IMG/VR virus record: IMGVR_UViG_3300033145_001087
Location: 32,001 to 96,000 of that record
Strand: one strand, 5' to 3'
Length of the DNA stretch: 64,000 nt
Source: a virus
How positions within the stretch are numbered: position 1 is the first letter of the stretch; each line of letters opens with the position of its first letter. Shown here one piece after another: positions 28,215-39,116 of the stretch. The notes beneath the pieces were generated by a model, which was not told the DNA's origin, searched no databases, and saw nothing but the letters and a program-made list of their open reading frames with translations. The position numbers were made by a program, and so were the translations under genes.

Positions 28215-29108
28215 TCACCATCCTACACTACCGATATAATTATTTTTATCAAAGTTTTGTGTAACTCTTCTCCTATTAACACCATAAATTGGGTCATAAT
28301 TTTGTACTTGTGAACTTAATTGTACACCAATACTATGTGATAATAGTTTTTCTACTTCTGTGACCCTTGTATTTATTACTCCTAATTCTTTACTACTTGT
28401 ACCACCAGAAGTCATATCAAGTTTTTCTAATAACCGTTGACATGTCCTATACAGAGATAACTTATGGAAAATACTAGGCACATAATGTATATCTATTTCA
28501 CAAGTAGTTTCTAGAGTATACCCACTAGATGCATATGGTAAAACTTCTATCATACCATATTGATTATTTGTTTTATAATGGTCATCTAAAAAAAATTCAA
28601 ATTTAGTTGTTGTGCCATAAAAAACTCTATCTACTCTATAGATATTTTCTTCTCCTACATAATACCTTTGCTGAACTGTATTATTTATTTTTCCTATTAC
28701 AGAATATGATGCTTTTAATGGTGTTCCTGATTCTATATAAATAAGGTCATCCACTTCTGTAATTGCATTAAATACATCATCATCTGTCCATCTTCCTACA
28801 GTATCTAATATATTTTTAATATCGTCTACTGTACAAAGCCGTAAAAGTTCTTCTGATGCTGTTGGGTCTGAATAATCTGAATAATATGTTCCATCATAAA
28901 ATCTTATTTTATACCAATGAGTTTTTGTCCCACTTGCATCTGTATATGTTGTTACCCAAGTATTTGCTGAAGTTTTTGCTTCACCATCACTTGTTGCGTT
29001 TATAGTATCTAATACCGTATAAGTTCCATAAATACTTGAACTTCTACTAATTTCTACGCTGGTAACTGTTGTTTCTCCTGGTGCTAACCACGAAATCTTT
29101 CTTGCCAT
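28215..29108 (-). CDS. Head-tail adaptor with N-terminal FN3/Ig-like domain
   Basis: ISW..P...YTD..G...WYKIRF FN3-like; LCTVDDIK adaptor-type start at ~aa 91; position. Confidence 0.6.
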   Translation of the reverse strand: MARKISWLAPGETTVTSVEISRSSSIYGTYTVLDTINATSDGEAKTSANTWVTTYTDASGTKTHWYKIRFYDGTYYSDYSDPTASEELLRLCTVDDIKNILDTVGRWTDDDVFNAITEVDDLIYIESGTPLKASYSVIGKINNTVQQRYYVGEENIYRVDRVFYGTTTKFEFFLDDHYKTNNQYGMIEVLPYASSGYTLETTCEIDIHYVPSIFHKLSLYRTCQRLLEKLDMTSGGTSSKELGVINTRVTEVEKLLSHSIGVQLSSQVQNYDPIYGVNRRRVTQNFDKNNYIGSVGW

Positions 29109-29125
29109 ATTTTTTCACCTCATAA

Positions 29126-32100
29126 TTAGTAACTATCTGTTACATATGTTCGTTTTGTATATTCTGTTGATTTTACCGTTGGTTTGGTAATTCGTCCACT
29201 CTTTTCATCTATTATTGGTTTTGTTATCGTTCTGGTTACAGGATGTATTGATGGTCTTGTAATGGACATATCCTGTGTTTTAATGTCTGGTTGTGTTAAT
29301 ACTTTATCGGTTTTATTTATATTAGGTTTATTATATGCGTATGCTACATCTGTTATTTCTGGTGTTGAAGGCACTATATATCCAAGAGACAAAATTAAAC
29401 TATCAGATGTAATATTTTTTGAATAATTTCTGAAAACCTTGGTGTCGCTTAACAGATTCTTACTATAAGCACTAAGTATTTGGGATATAGAACGTATTGA
29501 AACCTCAGATGTAATTAATTCTATTAAAGAATTACTTATTATGTTTTTGCTATATGTCTGTAATATATAAGAATCAGACACAAAACTATCACTTATTGAT
29601 TGAATTAACCAAGAAGTTGATATAACATTCTTTTTTATATCAATAGTTTTAATATGCAAAACAGATTCAATGTTTTCAATTACAGTTCCTAATATATATG
29701 ATTCTGAAACAATATTTTTAAATGTTCGTTCTAAAACAAATAAACTACTTAATATGTCTTTTTCATTAGATAGCTTTAATATGTAAGATTCTGATGTAAA
29801 TTCTATTTTTGTAGCTAATCGTACTAGATAACTATTCGAAGATAAATTTTTACTAATACTACTCAATATATATGAATTACTAGATAAATTACTTTCCTCT
29901 TCTTTTGTTATCCAAGAATCACTTAGTATATTACTTTCATTAGATAATTTTATAATGTATGAAATACTTGTTATAGAGGTCTCATATTCAAGTTTTAAAA
30001 TATAGGAATCAGATAAAATATTCTTTTCTATATCAGATTTAAGTGTCCACGAATCAGAAAGTATATTTATCTCATTTGCAAGTTTTAATACATATGACTG
30101 ACTTATTATATTTTTTGAATTTAGTGCTAATATAAAAGAGTCACTAATTAAATTTTTACTTTCTCTTTTTAAAATCCATAAATCACTAAGTAGATTTTTT
30201 TCGTTTGCTAACTTTTTAATGTATGAAATAGATGTTATCGACCCTTCGTATCCAAGTTTTTTAATATACAGATTAGACAAAATGTTTTTAGAGTTAGTTG
30301 CTAATATAAAAGAATATGACTCTATATTTTGACTATAGGATGTAATAATAGTTGAATTACTTAAAATATTTTGTTCTACAGAAGGTGTTAATATATAACT
30401 ATCAGAACTAATAGTTTGTTCAGTTCCTAATACTTTAATATATGAATCTGAAAGGGTACTATTACATAAACTACAAAAAATGGATAAGTTAGAAAATATA
30501 TTTTTGCTTATAGTTGATAAAATATATGATTCACTTATAAGATTTTTTTCGTTCTCTGCTTTAAGGATGTAAGAGTTTGAAACTAATGAATTCTCATATC
30601 CAAGTTTTTTGATGTAAGAATCTGATAAAACATTCTTACTATATGAAGCAAGAACATATGAAGAGGATAAAAGATTCTTTTCAGTTTGTTTTAATATATG
30701 AAGTATACTTCCTATGATTTTTTCATTATCTACAATTAAGATATTAGAAACAGATATAATATTTTTATCATATGGTGCAGTTATATAACTAACAGAAACT
30801 AAATTTTTGTCAGTTAATTTCAATATTTGTAAATCTGACAGACTGTTTTTATCTACAATAGTATTAACCCATAAAATACTTGTTATATTAGAAAGATATC
30901 CTAATCTTTTAATATAAGATACACTTGATAAACTATTTTCGTATCCTAACTTTTTAATTATAGAATCCGAAATAATATTTTTACTATATGTAGATAAGAT
31001 GTATGAGTCACTTGTAAGATTTTTATCAGTACTTTTTTCTATGAAAGACTCTGATAAAATGTTTTTCTCTACATCTAATTTTTTAATATAAGATACTGAC
31101 AAGATGTTCTGTTCATAAGTCTGGTTTATATAGGAACTACTAATTAAATTTTTAGTTTGACCGGGCCACCCAATTTGTAAGTCAGAAAGCATATTCTTAG
31201 AGTATGTATATTGTTCTACAATTACTAATAAACTTGAAATATTCTGTTCATAGGCTAACTTTTTAATATAGTAATCAGATGAAATATTTTTACTTATACT
31301 TGCTAAAATAGTTAAATCAGATACTATATTTTTACTTTCTAATTTTAATATCCAAGAATTTGAGGTAATATTAATAGTATTAGATAATTTTTTAATATAT
31401 AAACTACTTAAAATACTGTTCTCATATCCAAGTTTTTTAATAATCGACTCAGATATTATACTTTTAATATAACTTGTTAATCTATAAGAGTCTGATATAA
31501 GATTCTTTTCTTGTGTTTTAAGTATCCATAAATCAGATTCAATATCTTTTTCATTAGCAAATTTTAAAATGTATGAATTGGATAATATGTTCTTATCTGT
31601 AGCTAATTTTTTGATGTATAAAATAGATAAGATGTTCTTAGCAACAGCACCAAATATATAGGAATCAGATAAAAGATTCTTTTCAATAATCTTTAAGATA
31701 AAAGAATCACTTATTAAATTATTTTCTGTAGCTAAACTTTTTATATATGAATTAGAAAGTGAGGAACTTTCATATCCAAGTTTTTTAATTAAGGAATCGC
31801 TCACTAAATTTTTAACATAACTTGATAAAATATAGGAATCAGATAAAAGATTCTTACTTGTTGGTTTACTTATCCATAAAGTAGATAACATATTTGTTTC
31901 TATATTATCTTTCAAAATATAACTATCAGATGTTACATTTTTCTCTGTTGCAAGTTTTTTAATAAACGTATTAGATAAAAGGTTTTTATCAACAGTTCCT
32001 AGTATAAATGAATCCGATACTCTATTTTTTTGTACTTCTTTTAATACCCACAACTCACTAAGTAGATTCTTTTCGTTTGCTAATTTAAGGATAAAAGAAT

Positions 32101-32986
32101 CTGAAAGTATAGACCCTTCATATCCTAATCGTAAAATATATGAACTGGAGGTAATATTTTTACTATAAGTAGCTTTAATTGATAAATTACTAAGTAAATT
32201 CTTATCTAGTGTTTTAAGAACCCAAGAATCTGACAATATATTGTTTTCTACAGAAGGTTTCAATATATATAAATTACTAGTTACATTCTTTTCTATTGCT
32301 AATTTTTTAATATAAGAATTTGATAAAATGTTTTTACTATAAAAAGATAATATGAAAGACGAACTTTCTATATTCTTTTCTATTGCGGCTGCTGAGGTTA
32401 TCTCTAAATCTGAAGTAATGTTTTTTTCCGTTGCTAGTTTTTTAATGTTAGAAACGGAACTAATGTTTTTACTATATGATTGTAAAATGCTATAATCAGA
32501 TATTATATTTTTTTCTGTAAGTTTTTCTATATATGATATGTTATTTAAATTCTTTTCTATAGCAGATTTTGATATATAAGAATTTGATATTAAAGACCCT
32601 TCATATCCAAGTTTTTTAATAAATAAAGTTGATAATATATTTTGACTTGAACTTGCTAATATAGATAAATTAGAATTAATGTTTTTACTAGTTGGTTTAA
32701 GTATCCGAGAATCCGAAAGAAGATTCTTTTCATTTGCAAGTTTTAATATGTAAGAATCGCTTGTAATATCTTTACTATCTGTAGCAAAAATAGATAAATC
32801 ACTAATTATATTTTTATCTATTGTTTTACTAATAAAAGAATCACTATTTAAATTAACACTAATAGCTAACTTTTTAATAAAAGAATCAGAGAGAAGATTT
32901 TTTTCAGTAGCAAGTTTCTTTATATAACTAGAAGAATTTAGGTTCTGTTCCCTAATTACATAAAATACTCCCTTTCCTATAACTAT
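29126..32986 (-). CDS. ~1286-aa protein of ~80-85 tandem 14/15-aa repeats (xxKNILSDSYILK); probable ATA/ATT start
   Basis: The same repeat continues stop-free 241 codons upstream of the track start (32263) to an in-frame TGA at 32998-96; no ATG/GTG/TTG in the extension. Confidence 0.85.
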   Translation of the reverse strand: MVIGKGVFYVIREQNLNSSSYIKKLATEKNLLSDSFIKKLAISVNLNSDSFISKTIDKNIISDLSIFATDSKDITSDSYILKLANEKNLLSDSRILKPTSKNINSNLSILASSSQNILSTLFIKKLGYEGSLISNSYISKSAIEKNLNNISYIEKLTEKNIISDYSILQSYSKNISSVSNIKKLATEKNITSDLEITSAAAIEKNIESSSFILSFYSKNILSNSYIKKLAIEKNVTSNLYILKPSVENNILSDSWVLKTLDKNLLSNLSIKATYSKNITSSSYILRLGYEGSILSDSFILKLANEKNLLSELWVLKEVQKNRVSDSFILGTVDKNLLSNTFIKKLATEKNVTSDSYILKDNIETNMLSTLWISKPTSKNLLSDSYILSSYVKNLVSDSLIKKLGYESSSLSNSYIKSLATENNLISDSFILKIIEKNLLSDSYIFGAVAKNILSILYIKKLATDKNILSNSYILKFANEKDIESDLWILKTQEKNLISDSYRLTSYIKSIISESIIKKLGYENSILSSLYIKKLSNTINITSNSWILKLESKNIVSDLTILASISKNISSDYYIKKLAYEQNISSLLVIVEQYTYSKNMLSDLQIGWPGQTKNLISSSYINQTYEQNILSVSYIKKLDVEKNILSESFIEKSTDKNLTSDSYILSTYSKNIISDSIIKKLGYENSLSSVSYIKRLGYLSNITSILWVNTIVDKNSLSDLQILKLTDKNLVSVSYITAPYDKNIISVSNILIVDNEKIIGSILHILKQTEKNLLSSSYVLASYSKNVLSDSYIKKLGYENSLVSNSYILKAENEKNLISESYILSTISKNIFSNLSIFCSLCNSTLSDSYIKVLGTEQTISSDSYILTPSVEQNILSNSTIITSYSQNIESYSFILATNSKNILSNLYIKKLGYEGSITSISYIKKLANEKNLLSDLWILKRESKNLISDSFILALNSKNIISQSYVLKLANEINILSDSWTLKSDIEKNILSDSYILKLEYETSITSISYIIKLSNESNILSDSWITKEEESNLSSNSYILSSISKNLSSNSYLVRLATKIEFTSESYILKLSNEKDILSSLFVLERTFKNIVSESYILGTVIENIESVLHIKTIDIKKNVISTSWLIQSISDSFVSDSYILQTYSKNIISNSLIELITSEVSIRSISQILSAYSKNLLSDTKVFRNYSKNITSDSLILSLGYIVPSTPEITDVAYAYNKPNINKTDKVLTQPDIKTQDMSITRPSIHPVTRTITKPIIDEKSGRITKPTVKSTEYTKRTYVTDSY

Positions 32987-33035
32987 TTTAATCCCTCATT
33001 GAATTGAGTCTCACCGTATTGTATTACGATTAAAT

Positions 33036-35744
33036 TTAACTTACTACAAAAGCATTAATATCAAAATAACCACCAGATGTTGGACTTGTATAATCTACCC
33101 AACAAGATACATCTACACAAGAATCTGATGTTAATGTTCCGTGAAGTGTTTGATTGCTTGTAGTTAAAGTTGTTGCATCTACTACTGTATAATCATCATC
33201 ACATTTTAAAGCAATATTCGTGATTGTTTCATTCATATTCATATAAATACTTGTCCCAGTACCTGTTCCATTATTACAAATTCTATAAATTGCTTGCGAA
33301 CTACCAGCATTTTGGTCATCTGGTTCACAATCAGTTTGTGTTGGCGTACACCTAAATGTTAAATAGTTTGTGGTTACATCTCCCCAAATTGAGCCAGTCC
33401 AAATAGTAAAATTAGTATCTGGGTCACCTACCTCTGCATCTGTATTATTTGTAATATTAACAGAATCAAAAAATAAAGTAGTTCCAATACCATAATTTCC
33501 ATACATTGAATAATAAACATATATTCTAAAAGTATCGTCAGTATATATTCCATCTGTAGCATTATATACCTCTCCATTTACCGAGTATGATATAACATCA
33601 TTATCGTGAAGTTCAAAAGTTGCATTCCAACCAATAGTCGATACATTAGTTAATATATCTGGATGTTCAGGAAGAAGATAATAACAATCAATATCTCCTT
33701 CACCGGCGGGATGCGTATCACCATCATAATATGAATGGATGAGAAAATGGGAACCTGTTGTATTAATTGCATATACACTAAAATTTATTTTCCAACCACC
33801 AGGATTAGCTCCACAATTACTACCATATCCTGTTGCGTGTCCATGAACATGTTCCATTTCAACTTTTGTCCCATATTGTAATGTGGTAAAATTTGTAAGT
33901 CTTAAAACATCATCATTAAAAGCGTTATATGATTGTAGAAAAATATGGTCTTCGCATCCTGGTGCAACGGTGCAAGTTCCACTACCATTAATATATCCAC
34001 CTTTTAAATTATAATCATCATAAGCATAAGCACTAAAATTGTCTGTTTGAACATAAGTTTCATTCCAGGCATGTGTATATAAATTAAATTCATCCTTCCA
34101 AACATCGGTTATTGTTTGTTCTACATCATTAACACCATAATATCTAACATCAGAACCTTTATAAGTTTCTTCTGTCTCATTACTCCAAGAATGCCACAAA
34201 TAACGGTAAGGTCCCGCTTTTGAAAAAATATCACTAGCATTATACATCATAGCTGATAAATTGGAAGCTGTCTTGTTTGAATTGTTTATGTCTAATAACA
34301 CCGTGCCATTGGTTATATTTACGGTCACATTAAAATAACCAGTCCCGCTTGTGGTTAAATTATAACTATCGTCCCAATAATCTGAATATTCTGGTTTTGG
34401 AGGTCCCTCGACTGTGGTTGTGGTAATATTTACTACGGAACACCTATCAAACGTTCCAGTTGCATCATCGCAAATATATCCATAAGCCGTTAATGTTCCT
34501 TCATCCGTTTCCAAAGTTTCATATGTACATCTTATTTGAAATCCATCATCTGAATAGGGACCCTTACAAAGTGTATCCGTATCTCCACCATCACAAACAT
34601 CATCTTCACCAACTACAGAAGTAATACCTGCTGTTCTACATATTATTAAGGCAATAAGTTCGACGTTATCTTCATGTCCAAATGCTGAATAAGTTATATT
34701 TAATCCTGCTGTTTGTGGGTCTGGAGAATCTTCTAAATCTCCTGTCCAGGTTGGCGTGGATGGCGGGTCAACAATATAATCAAATTCTAAATAAGCATTA
34801 TTATCATTATTTAAACTAACAACTTTAAGGTCAAAAGTATCATTAACACCGCTTAGATTAGTAAGATATTCTATATAAAGGGTTGGTTTGTAAATTATTG
34901 GAAAACTCATAATATAGGTTCCATTAGTTAAATATACTTCAACGATTGTCGTATTTCCACTTTGATTATTTCGGGGATAAATTGTTATATCTTGGGTAGA
35001 ATTAAGTTCTTCCTCAAAAGTAACTCTTATATATTCATTATGATAAATAGGCTCCGTCCAGATATTATCTAATTCTGAGGTCTCATTATACACGTTCGAA
35101 ATAAAACTTTTATTTTCGTCTAAATGTATCGCATCTGAAATAAATATTGGGTCGAACAATCTAACATTATAAACTTCATAATCGGAATTAATATCATACT
35201 GAGCTTTAAGGATACCACTTTTATAAATCCACGCCCATCTATAATCAGGATGTAATTCAACTTTCATATTCAATCCAAATTCTAAAGATATTTTATCAGA
35301 AAGTTTATATGTATCTCCTTCATACGTTAGGTCTCTAACTTCATATCGTAAAAAATATTCTGATGCATTAAATACTTCAATCATATGAGAAATAGGAAAT
35401 ACCTCTACATCATCGAGAGTTCCATCAAAAAGATATGTTTCTTTTATAACAGGTCCTCTTATATAAGGTGTTAATTTTGTAATGGTTATAGTTTTATTTT
35501 CTTCATCAATACTTGTATTTATTTCGATTCCAGATAGACGACGGTTCATTTTAGAATTCCCATCAAAAATAGAAACATATTCTCTACCCGCTACTACCCA
35601 TCTATTATTATCATTTTTAACATAGAATGTAGCTTTATCTGTATCAATCTTAAGTTTAACATTATCCATAGAAATATAAATTATACCAGTAGCTAGTAAA
35701 AGAAGTATTAATGTTCCAATAATATAATTTTTAGTATCTGTCAT
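33036..35744 (-). CDS. 902-aa signal-anchored surface glycoprotein, paralog of 15458-20524
   Basis: N-terminal TM; shared ~190-aa domain ending VRLFDP; roughly 35 N-x-S/T by hand count; shared C-terminal domain. Confidence 0.75.
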   Translation of the reverse strand: MTDTKNYIIGTLILLLLATGIIYISMDNVKLKIDTDKATFYVKNDNNRWVVAGREYVSIFDGNSKMNRRLSGIEINTSIDEENKTITITKLTPYIRGPVIKETYLFDGTLDDVEVFPISHMIEVFNASEYFLRYEVRDLTYEGDTYKLSDKISLEFGLNMKVELHPDYRWAWIYKSGILKAQYDINSDYEVYNVRLFDPIFISDAIHLDENKSFISNVYNETSELDNIWTEPIYHNEYIRVTFEEELNSTQDITIYPRNNQSGNTTIVEVYLTNGTYIMSFPIIYKPTLYIEYLTNLSGVNDTFDLKVVSLNNDNNAYLEFDYIVDPPSTPTWTGDLEDSPDPQTAGLNITYSAFGHEDNVELIALIICRTAGITSVVGEDDVCDGGDTDTLCKGPYSDDGFQIRCTYETLETDEGTLTAYGYICDDATGTFDRCSVVNITTTTVEGPPKPEYSDYWDDSYNLTTSGTGYFNVTVNITNGTVLLDINNSNKTASNLSAMMYNASDIFSKAGPYRYLWHSWSNETEETYKGSDVRYYGVNDVEQTITDVWKDEFNLYTHAWNETYVQTDNFSAYAYDDYNLKGGYINGSGTCTVAPGCEDHIFLQSYNAFNDDVLRLTNFTTLQYGTKVEMEHVHGHATGYGSNCGANPGGWKINFSVYAINTTGSHFLIHSYYDGDTHPAGEGDIDCYYLLPEHPDILTNVSTIGWNATFELHDNDVISYSVNGEVYNATDGIYTDDTFRIYVYYSMYGNYGIGTTLFFDSVNITNNTDAEVGDPDTNFTIWTGSIWGDVTTNYLTFRCTPTQTDCEPDDQNAGSSQAIYRICNNGTGTGTSIYMNMNETITNIALKCDDDYTVVDATTLTTSNQTLHGTLTSDSCVDVSCWVDYTSPTSGGYFDINAFVVS

Positions 35745-35795
35745 TTTATCCTATTGTATTAGGTATTATTTTTACATTGTATTGTAAAAATCTTT

Positions 35796-36182
35796 TTATT
35801 TAGTATGAAGCCTAATCATACCATTTTTTTCACTAAACATAATTTTTTTATTTTGGTTATTTATAGTAATCTGAAAACCAACAAAACTTTCAATTGTTTT
35901 ACCACTCGAATCATTTGAAGTTCCTATAGAAAAGGAAGTTCTTCTAAAGTAAATCAATCTATATTCTTCTGGTCTATAACTACTTTCAGGTATTTCAATT
36001 ATTGTATTATTAATCATAAAAATACCTACTTTTAAATCAACAATAATATGTTTATCTCCGTTATCAATTCTGAAAGCTATTAACTTGTCTTGAACTATAT
36101 CACCAAATAAATTTTCTTTATCGCCTTCAAATTGTTTTAATTCAATATCATCATCATATATAGCAGTCCACCTAAAAACCAT
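35796..36182 (-). CDS. Hypothetical LIYFRR-motif protein
   Basis: W.A.YD..L.Q.E..E.LF...LIYFRR; paralog of next gene. Confidence 0.7.
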   Translation of the reverse strand: MVFRWTAIYDDDIELKQFEGDKENLFGDIVQDKLIAFRIDNGDKHIIVDLKVGIFMINNTIIEIPESSYRPEEYRLIYFRRTSFSIGTSNDSSGKTIESFVGFQITINNQNKKIMFSEKNGMIRLHTK

Positions 36183-36191
36183 TTAACTCAC

Positions 36192-36653
36192 CTACTTATT
36201 TTTTCCAACTGTTTCTGTTAAATCTTCTTTCTCTTTTTTTTTTACATTATTAAATTCTATTTTTTTTGGTCTTGCTCCTAACCCTTTAAATATTTCTAAT
36301 TTTTGTTCTTGTGTGCTTGTTTTAATACCTAAATGATGAACAACTCTTGGAACTAATGGTTCAATTACACCACCAACACTTTGTCTTACAAAATTTCGTC
36401 TAAAGTAAATAAGTTCTGGATTAGTTCCTGTTAAAGTATAACTAAATCCCGGTCCTTTTATTGTTTTATTAACCAAATTAACAGTATATCCTTCATCGAA
36501 TTCAGTAGAGATAATACTAAATTCTGTTAATTCATTTTCTTTATCTAAAACTTCTTTAAATAATATTTCGTTTTTTTCATTATCATATTGAGCTATTATA
36601 TCTCCATTATCGAAAACAGCCTGCCAATAATATCCAAGTGTTTCATTTATCAT
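36192..36653 (-). CDS. Hypothetical LIYFRR-motif protein
   Basis: WQAVFDNG.I.QYD..E.LF...LIYFRR. Confidence 0.7.
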   Translation of the reverse strand: MINETLGYYWQAVFDNGDIIAQYDNEKNEILFKEVLDKENELTEFSIISTEFDEGYTVNLVNKTIKGPGFSYTLTGTNPELIYFRRNFVRQSVGGVIEPLVPRVVHHLGIKTSTQEQKLEIFKGLGARPKKIEFNNVKKKEKEDLTETVGKNK

Positions 36654-36665
36654 TTTTAACCTCTA

Positions 36666-39116
36666 TTAATTATTCTTAAATTGTATAGTAACTATCGCTT
36701 CTTCAAAGCGTCTACCATCTTTTCTATATATTCTATTTGTTTTAATTTGTCTAATTGTATAATCACAATCAAATTCCCTAAGTAACACTTCAATATCATT
36801 TAAATGCCAAATTTTTAAATGTTCTTTCCAAGGGTCATCATTTATAGGAATAACTAAAACTAATGTTCCATCTTCTTTTAATATTCCTTGTGATTTTTTT
36901 ATTAATTCTGTTGGGTTATTTATATGTTCTATCAAATGACTCATTAAAATCATATCAAAATAATTCTTTTGATATAATTTATCAAGTTCAGCGTGTTGAT
37001 AATATGAAATATTATCGTTTTTTTGTTTACAATAATCTATAGCAGTCTGTGAAAAATCACAACCAAATACATCAGCATTAGGAAAATTATCTTTAATATA
37101 TCTAGTGTCTGAACCTGTTCCACAACCAACATCTAAAAAGGCTCCGCCATTAAAACTTTTAGTAACCAAGTCTATTTCCTTACTATCGTTTCTATCTATT
37201 CCTGATTCTATTTCATTTTCATAAATTACATCCCAATATTCTGGAGTATTTATATTTTTAGGTGTTATAATCATACTATCTGAACATTCTATTTTTCTAT
37301 TTGGAAAAAATTCAGTTATCCATTCTTTAGCTATACTACTCCAACTATAATCTTTTCCTAAACATGCTTTGTGCATCTTTTCCCATTTTTCTTTATTGGT
37401 AAGTAATTCAACAATAGAGTCTATAAATTTTTCCTTATATTCTTTACTATGAGGATTTCCATCTATTCTTATAGCAACATCATCAGGCGCTGTTTCTTTT
37501 AAAGCACCAAGATTTGAAATTACAATAGGAGTTCCTGCTGATTGTGCTTCAAATGCTGTTATACAACAAGTTTCTGGAAAAGTATTTGGATAAGCTAATA
37601 TTTGGGCTTTCATATGTTCTTGTGCAAGTCTATCTTGTTTTATAGTTCCAAAATATTCTACTCCTTCCATATTTTTTAATCTATTGTATAATGGTTCAAA
37701 TTGGTCATCATCATATTTTTCACCATATACTTTCATTGAACTAAAAACTCTTAAATGTGCATGTGGTACTCTTTTCCGTATTTCTGGAAATACGTCTGCT
37801 AATATTTCTAATCCTCTAAAAGGTGTAGATGAATAAATAAGTCTTCCAGGAATTTTTTCTATTTTATCTCTATTTTTAAAACGTTTTTTATTTATACCAT
37901 TTCTAGCTATAAATATTTTATCATTTTTCATAAAAGGATAAAACTTTAACAATTCATCTTTATGAAATTCTGTCAATGCAAAAATTTTATCTACATTTTT
38001 ATACGCTTCTTCTATTTTATTATAAACAGGGTCACCTGGCATATCATGTGTCCAAAGACAAACAGTTTTTGCATTAAATTCTTTCTTAAAGTCTACCATA
38101 GTCAATATGTCCGTATTTCTACTTAAAATAAGTAAGTCTGAATTTAAACTTTTTAATGTCTCACCACTTGTTATTAAATCGTGATAAATTACATTATCAT
38201 AAACTCCTGGTCTTGGACATGTACAAAATACATGAACATTAAATTCGTGTTCATTTGCAAATACTTTAGCTAAGTTTATAATATCTCCCTCCGAACCCCC
38301 ACATCCTCTTCTTTCAAGTTCATCTCCTGAAAAAGCATTATATGTATGATTTACAAATGTAATTGTTTTTTTATTTGGGTCTCTTCCTAAAGCTTTATCA
38401 TATTCTTCAATAACATCTTCTCTTCCATCTTCCTGTAATTTTTTTCTACATAATTCTCTTACAGCTTCCTCAGATGGAAAGAATATTTTATTTTTAACAT
38501 CATAATGGTCACAAAGTATTCCACTATCTGCCCATACTTTGAATCCTAATTTCTTAGCGTGATAAAAGAAATAATGGTCTTCTCCAATTGGACATTTAAT
38601 CTTTCTTCCATCGTCCAATTCCATAGTCCAATTTTCTTTAAAATATGGTATATTTGCTTTATCAAATTTATCAAACACACTCATATTAATAAGACAACAA
38701 CCAAGCCCACTTCCTGAAATTTCAAAAACTTTATCCAATGGAAAGTCATACATAGGGCCGCCACCTTCTTTTTCAAAGATTACTGGTGCTGAAGGTTCTG
38801 ATTTAGTCCAATATATACCAGTTAAAATGTCTTTCTTTTTAGATAACATTATTCGCATTACATCTTTTGGAACAAACACATCATCATCTATAAATAATAC
38901 CCATTCAAAATTTTCTTTTCTAACTTTTTTTACAGCCTCTATCCTATTCTTAGCCCAACCATCTTCTCCTTCTACAAATATATATTTCCAAAACATACCT
39001 ATTGGATGAAACGATGCTAATTTATTCATATGTTGCATCCATTTTACACTAACCGTTCCTCTGGTTATTACACATATACCAACACCGGCTCTCCCTTGTT
39101 GTTTTTCATTATTCAT
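36666..39116 (-). CDS. GT-A + GT4 (GT-B) + SAM methyltransferase triple fusion
   Basis: LFIDDD and GED (GT-A); GGSE, YSSTPFRGL, ETCCITAFEAQSAG (GT4); LDVGCGTG, HLIEH (MTase). Confidence 0.88.
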   Translation of the reverse strand: MNNEKQQGRAGVGICVITRGTVSVKWMQHMNKLASFHPIGMFWKYIFVEGEDGWAKNRIEAVKKVRKENFEWVLFIDDDVFVPKDVMRIMLSKKKDILTGIYWTKSEPSAPVIFEKEGGGPMYDFPLDKVFEISGSGLGCCLINMSVFDKFDKANIPYFKENWTMELDDGRKIKCPIGEDHYFFYHAKKLGFKVWADSGILCDHYDVKNKIFFPSEEAVRELCRKKLQEDGREDVIEEYDKALGRDPNKKTITFVNHTYNAFSGDELERRGCGGSEGDIINLAKVFANEHEFNVHVFCTCPRPGVYDNVIYHDLITSGETLKSLNSDLLILSRNTDILTMVDFKKEFNAKTVCLWTHDMPGDPVYNKIEEAYKNVDKIFALTEFHKDELLKFYPFMKNDKIFIARNGINKKRFKNRDKIEKIPGRLIYSSTPFRGLEILADVFPEIRKRVPHAHLRVFSSMKVYGEKYDDDQFEPLYNRLKNMEGVEYFGTIKQDRLAQEHMKAQILAYPNTFPETCCITAFEAQSAGTPIVISNLGALKETAPDDVAIRIDGNPHSKEYKEKFIDSIVELLTNKEKWEKMHKACLGKDYSWSSIAKEWITEFFPNRKIECSDSMIITPKNINTPEYWDVIYENEIESGIDRNDSKEIDLVTKSFNGGAFLDVGCGTGSDTRYIKDNFPNADVFGCDFSQTAIDYCKQKNDNISYYQHAELDKLYQKNYFDMILMSHLIEHINNPTELIKKSQGILKEDGTLVLVIPINDDPWKEHLKIWHLNDIEVLLREFDCDYTIRQIKTNRIYRKDGRRFEEAIVTIQFKNN

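Noticed and set aside
29126-32986. CRISPR-like periodic DNA repeats
   Set aside because: The periodicity is a degenerate protein repeat with synonymous variation; no invariant repeat-spacer structure
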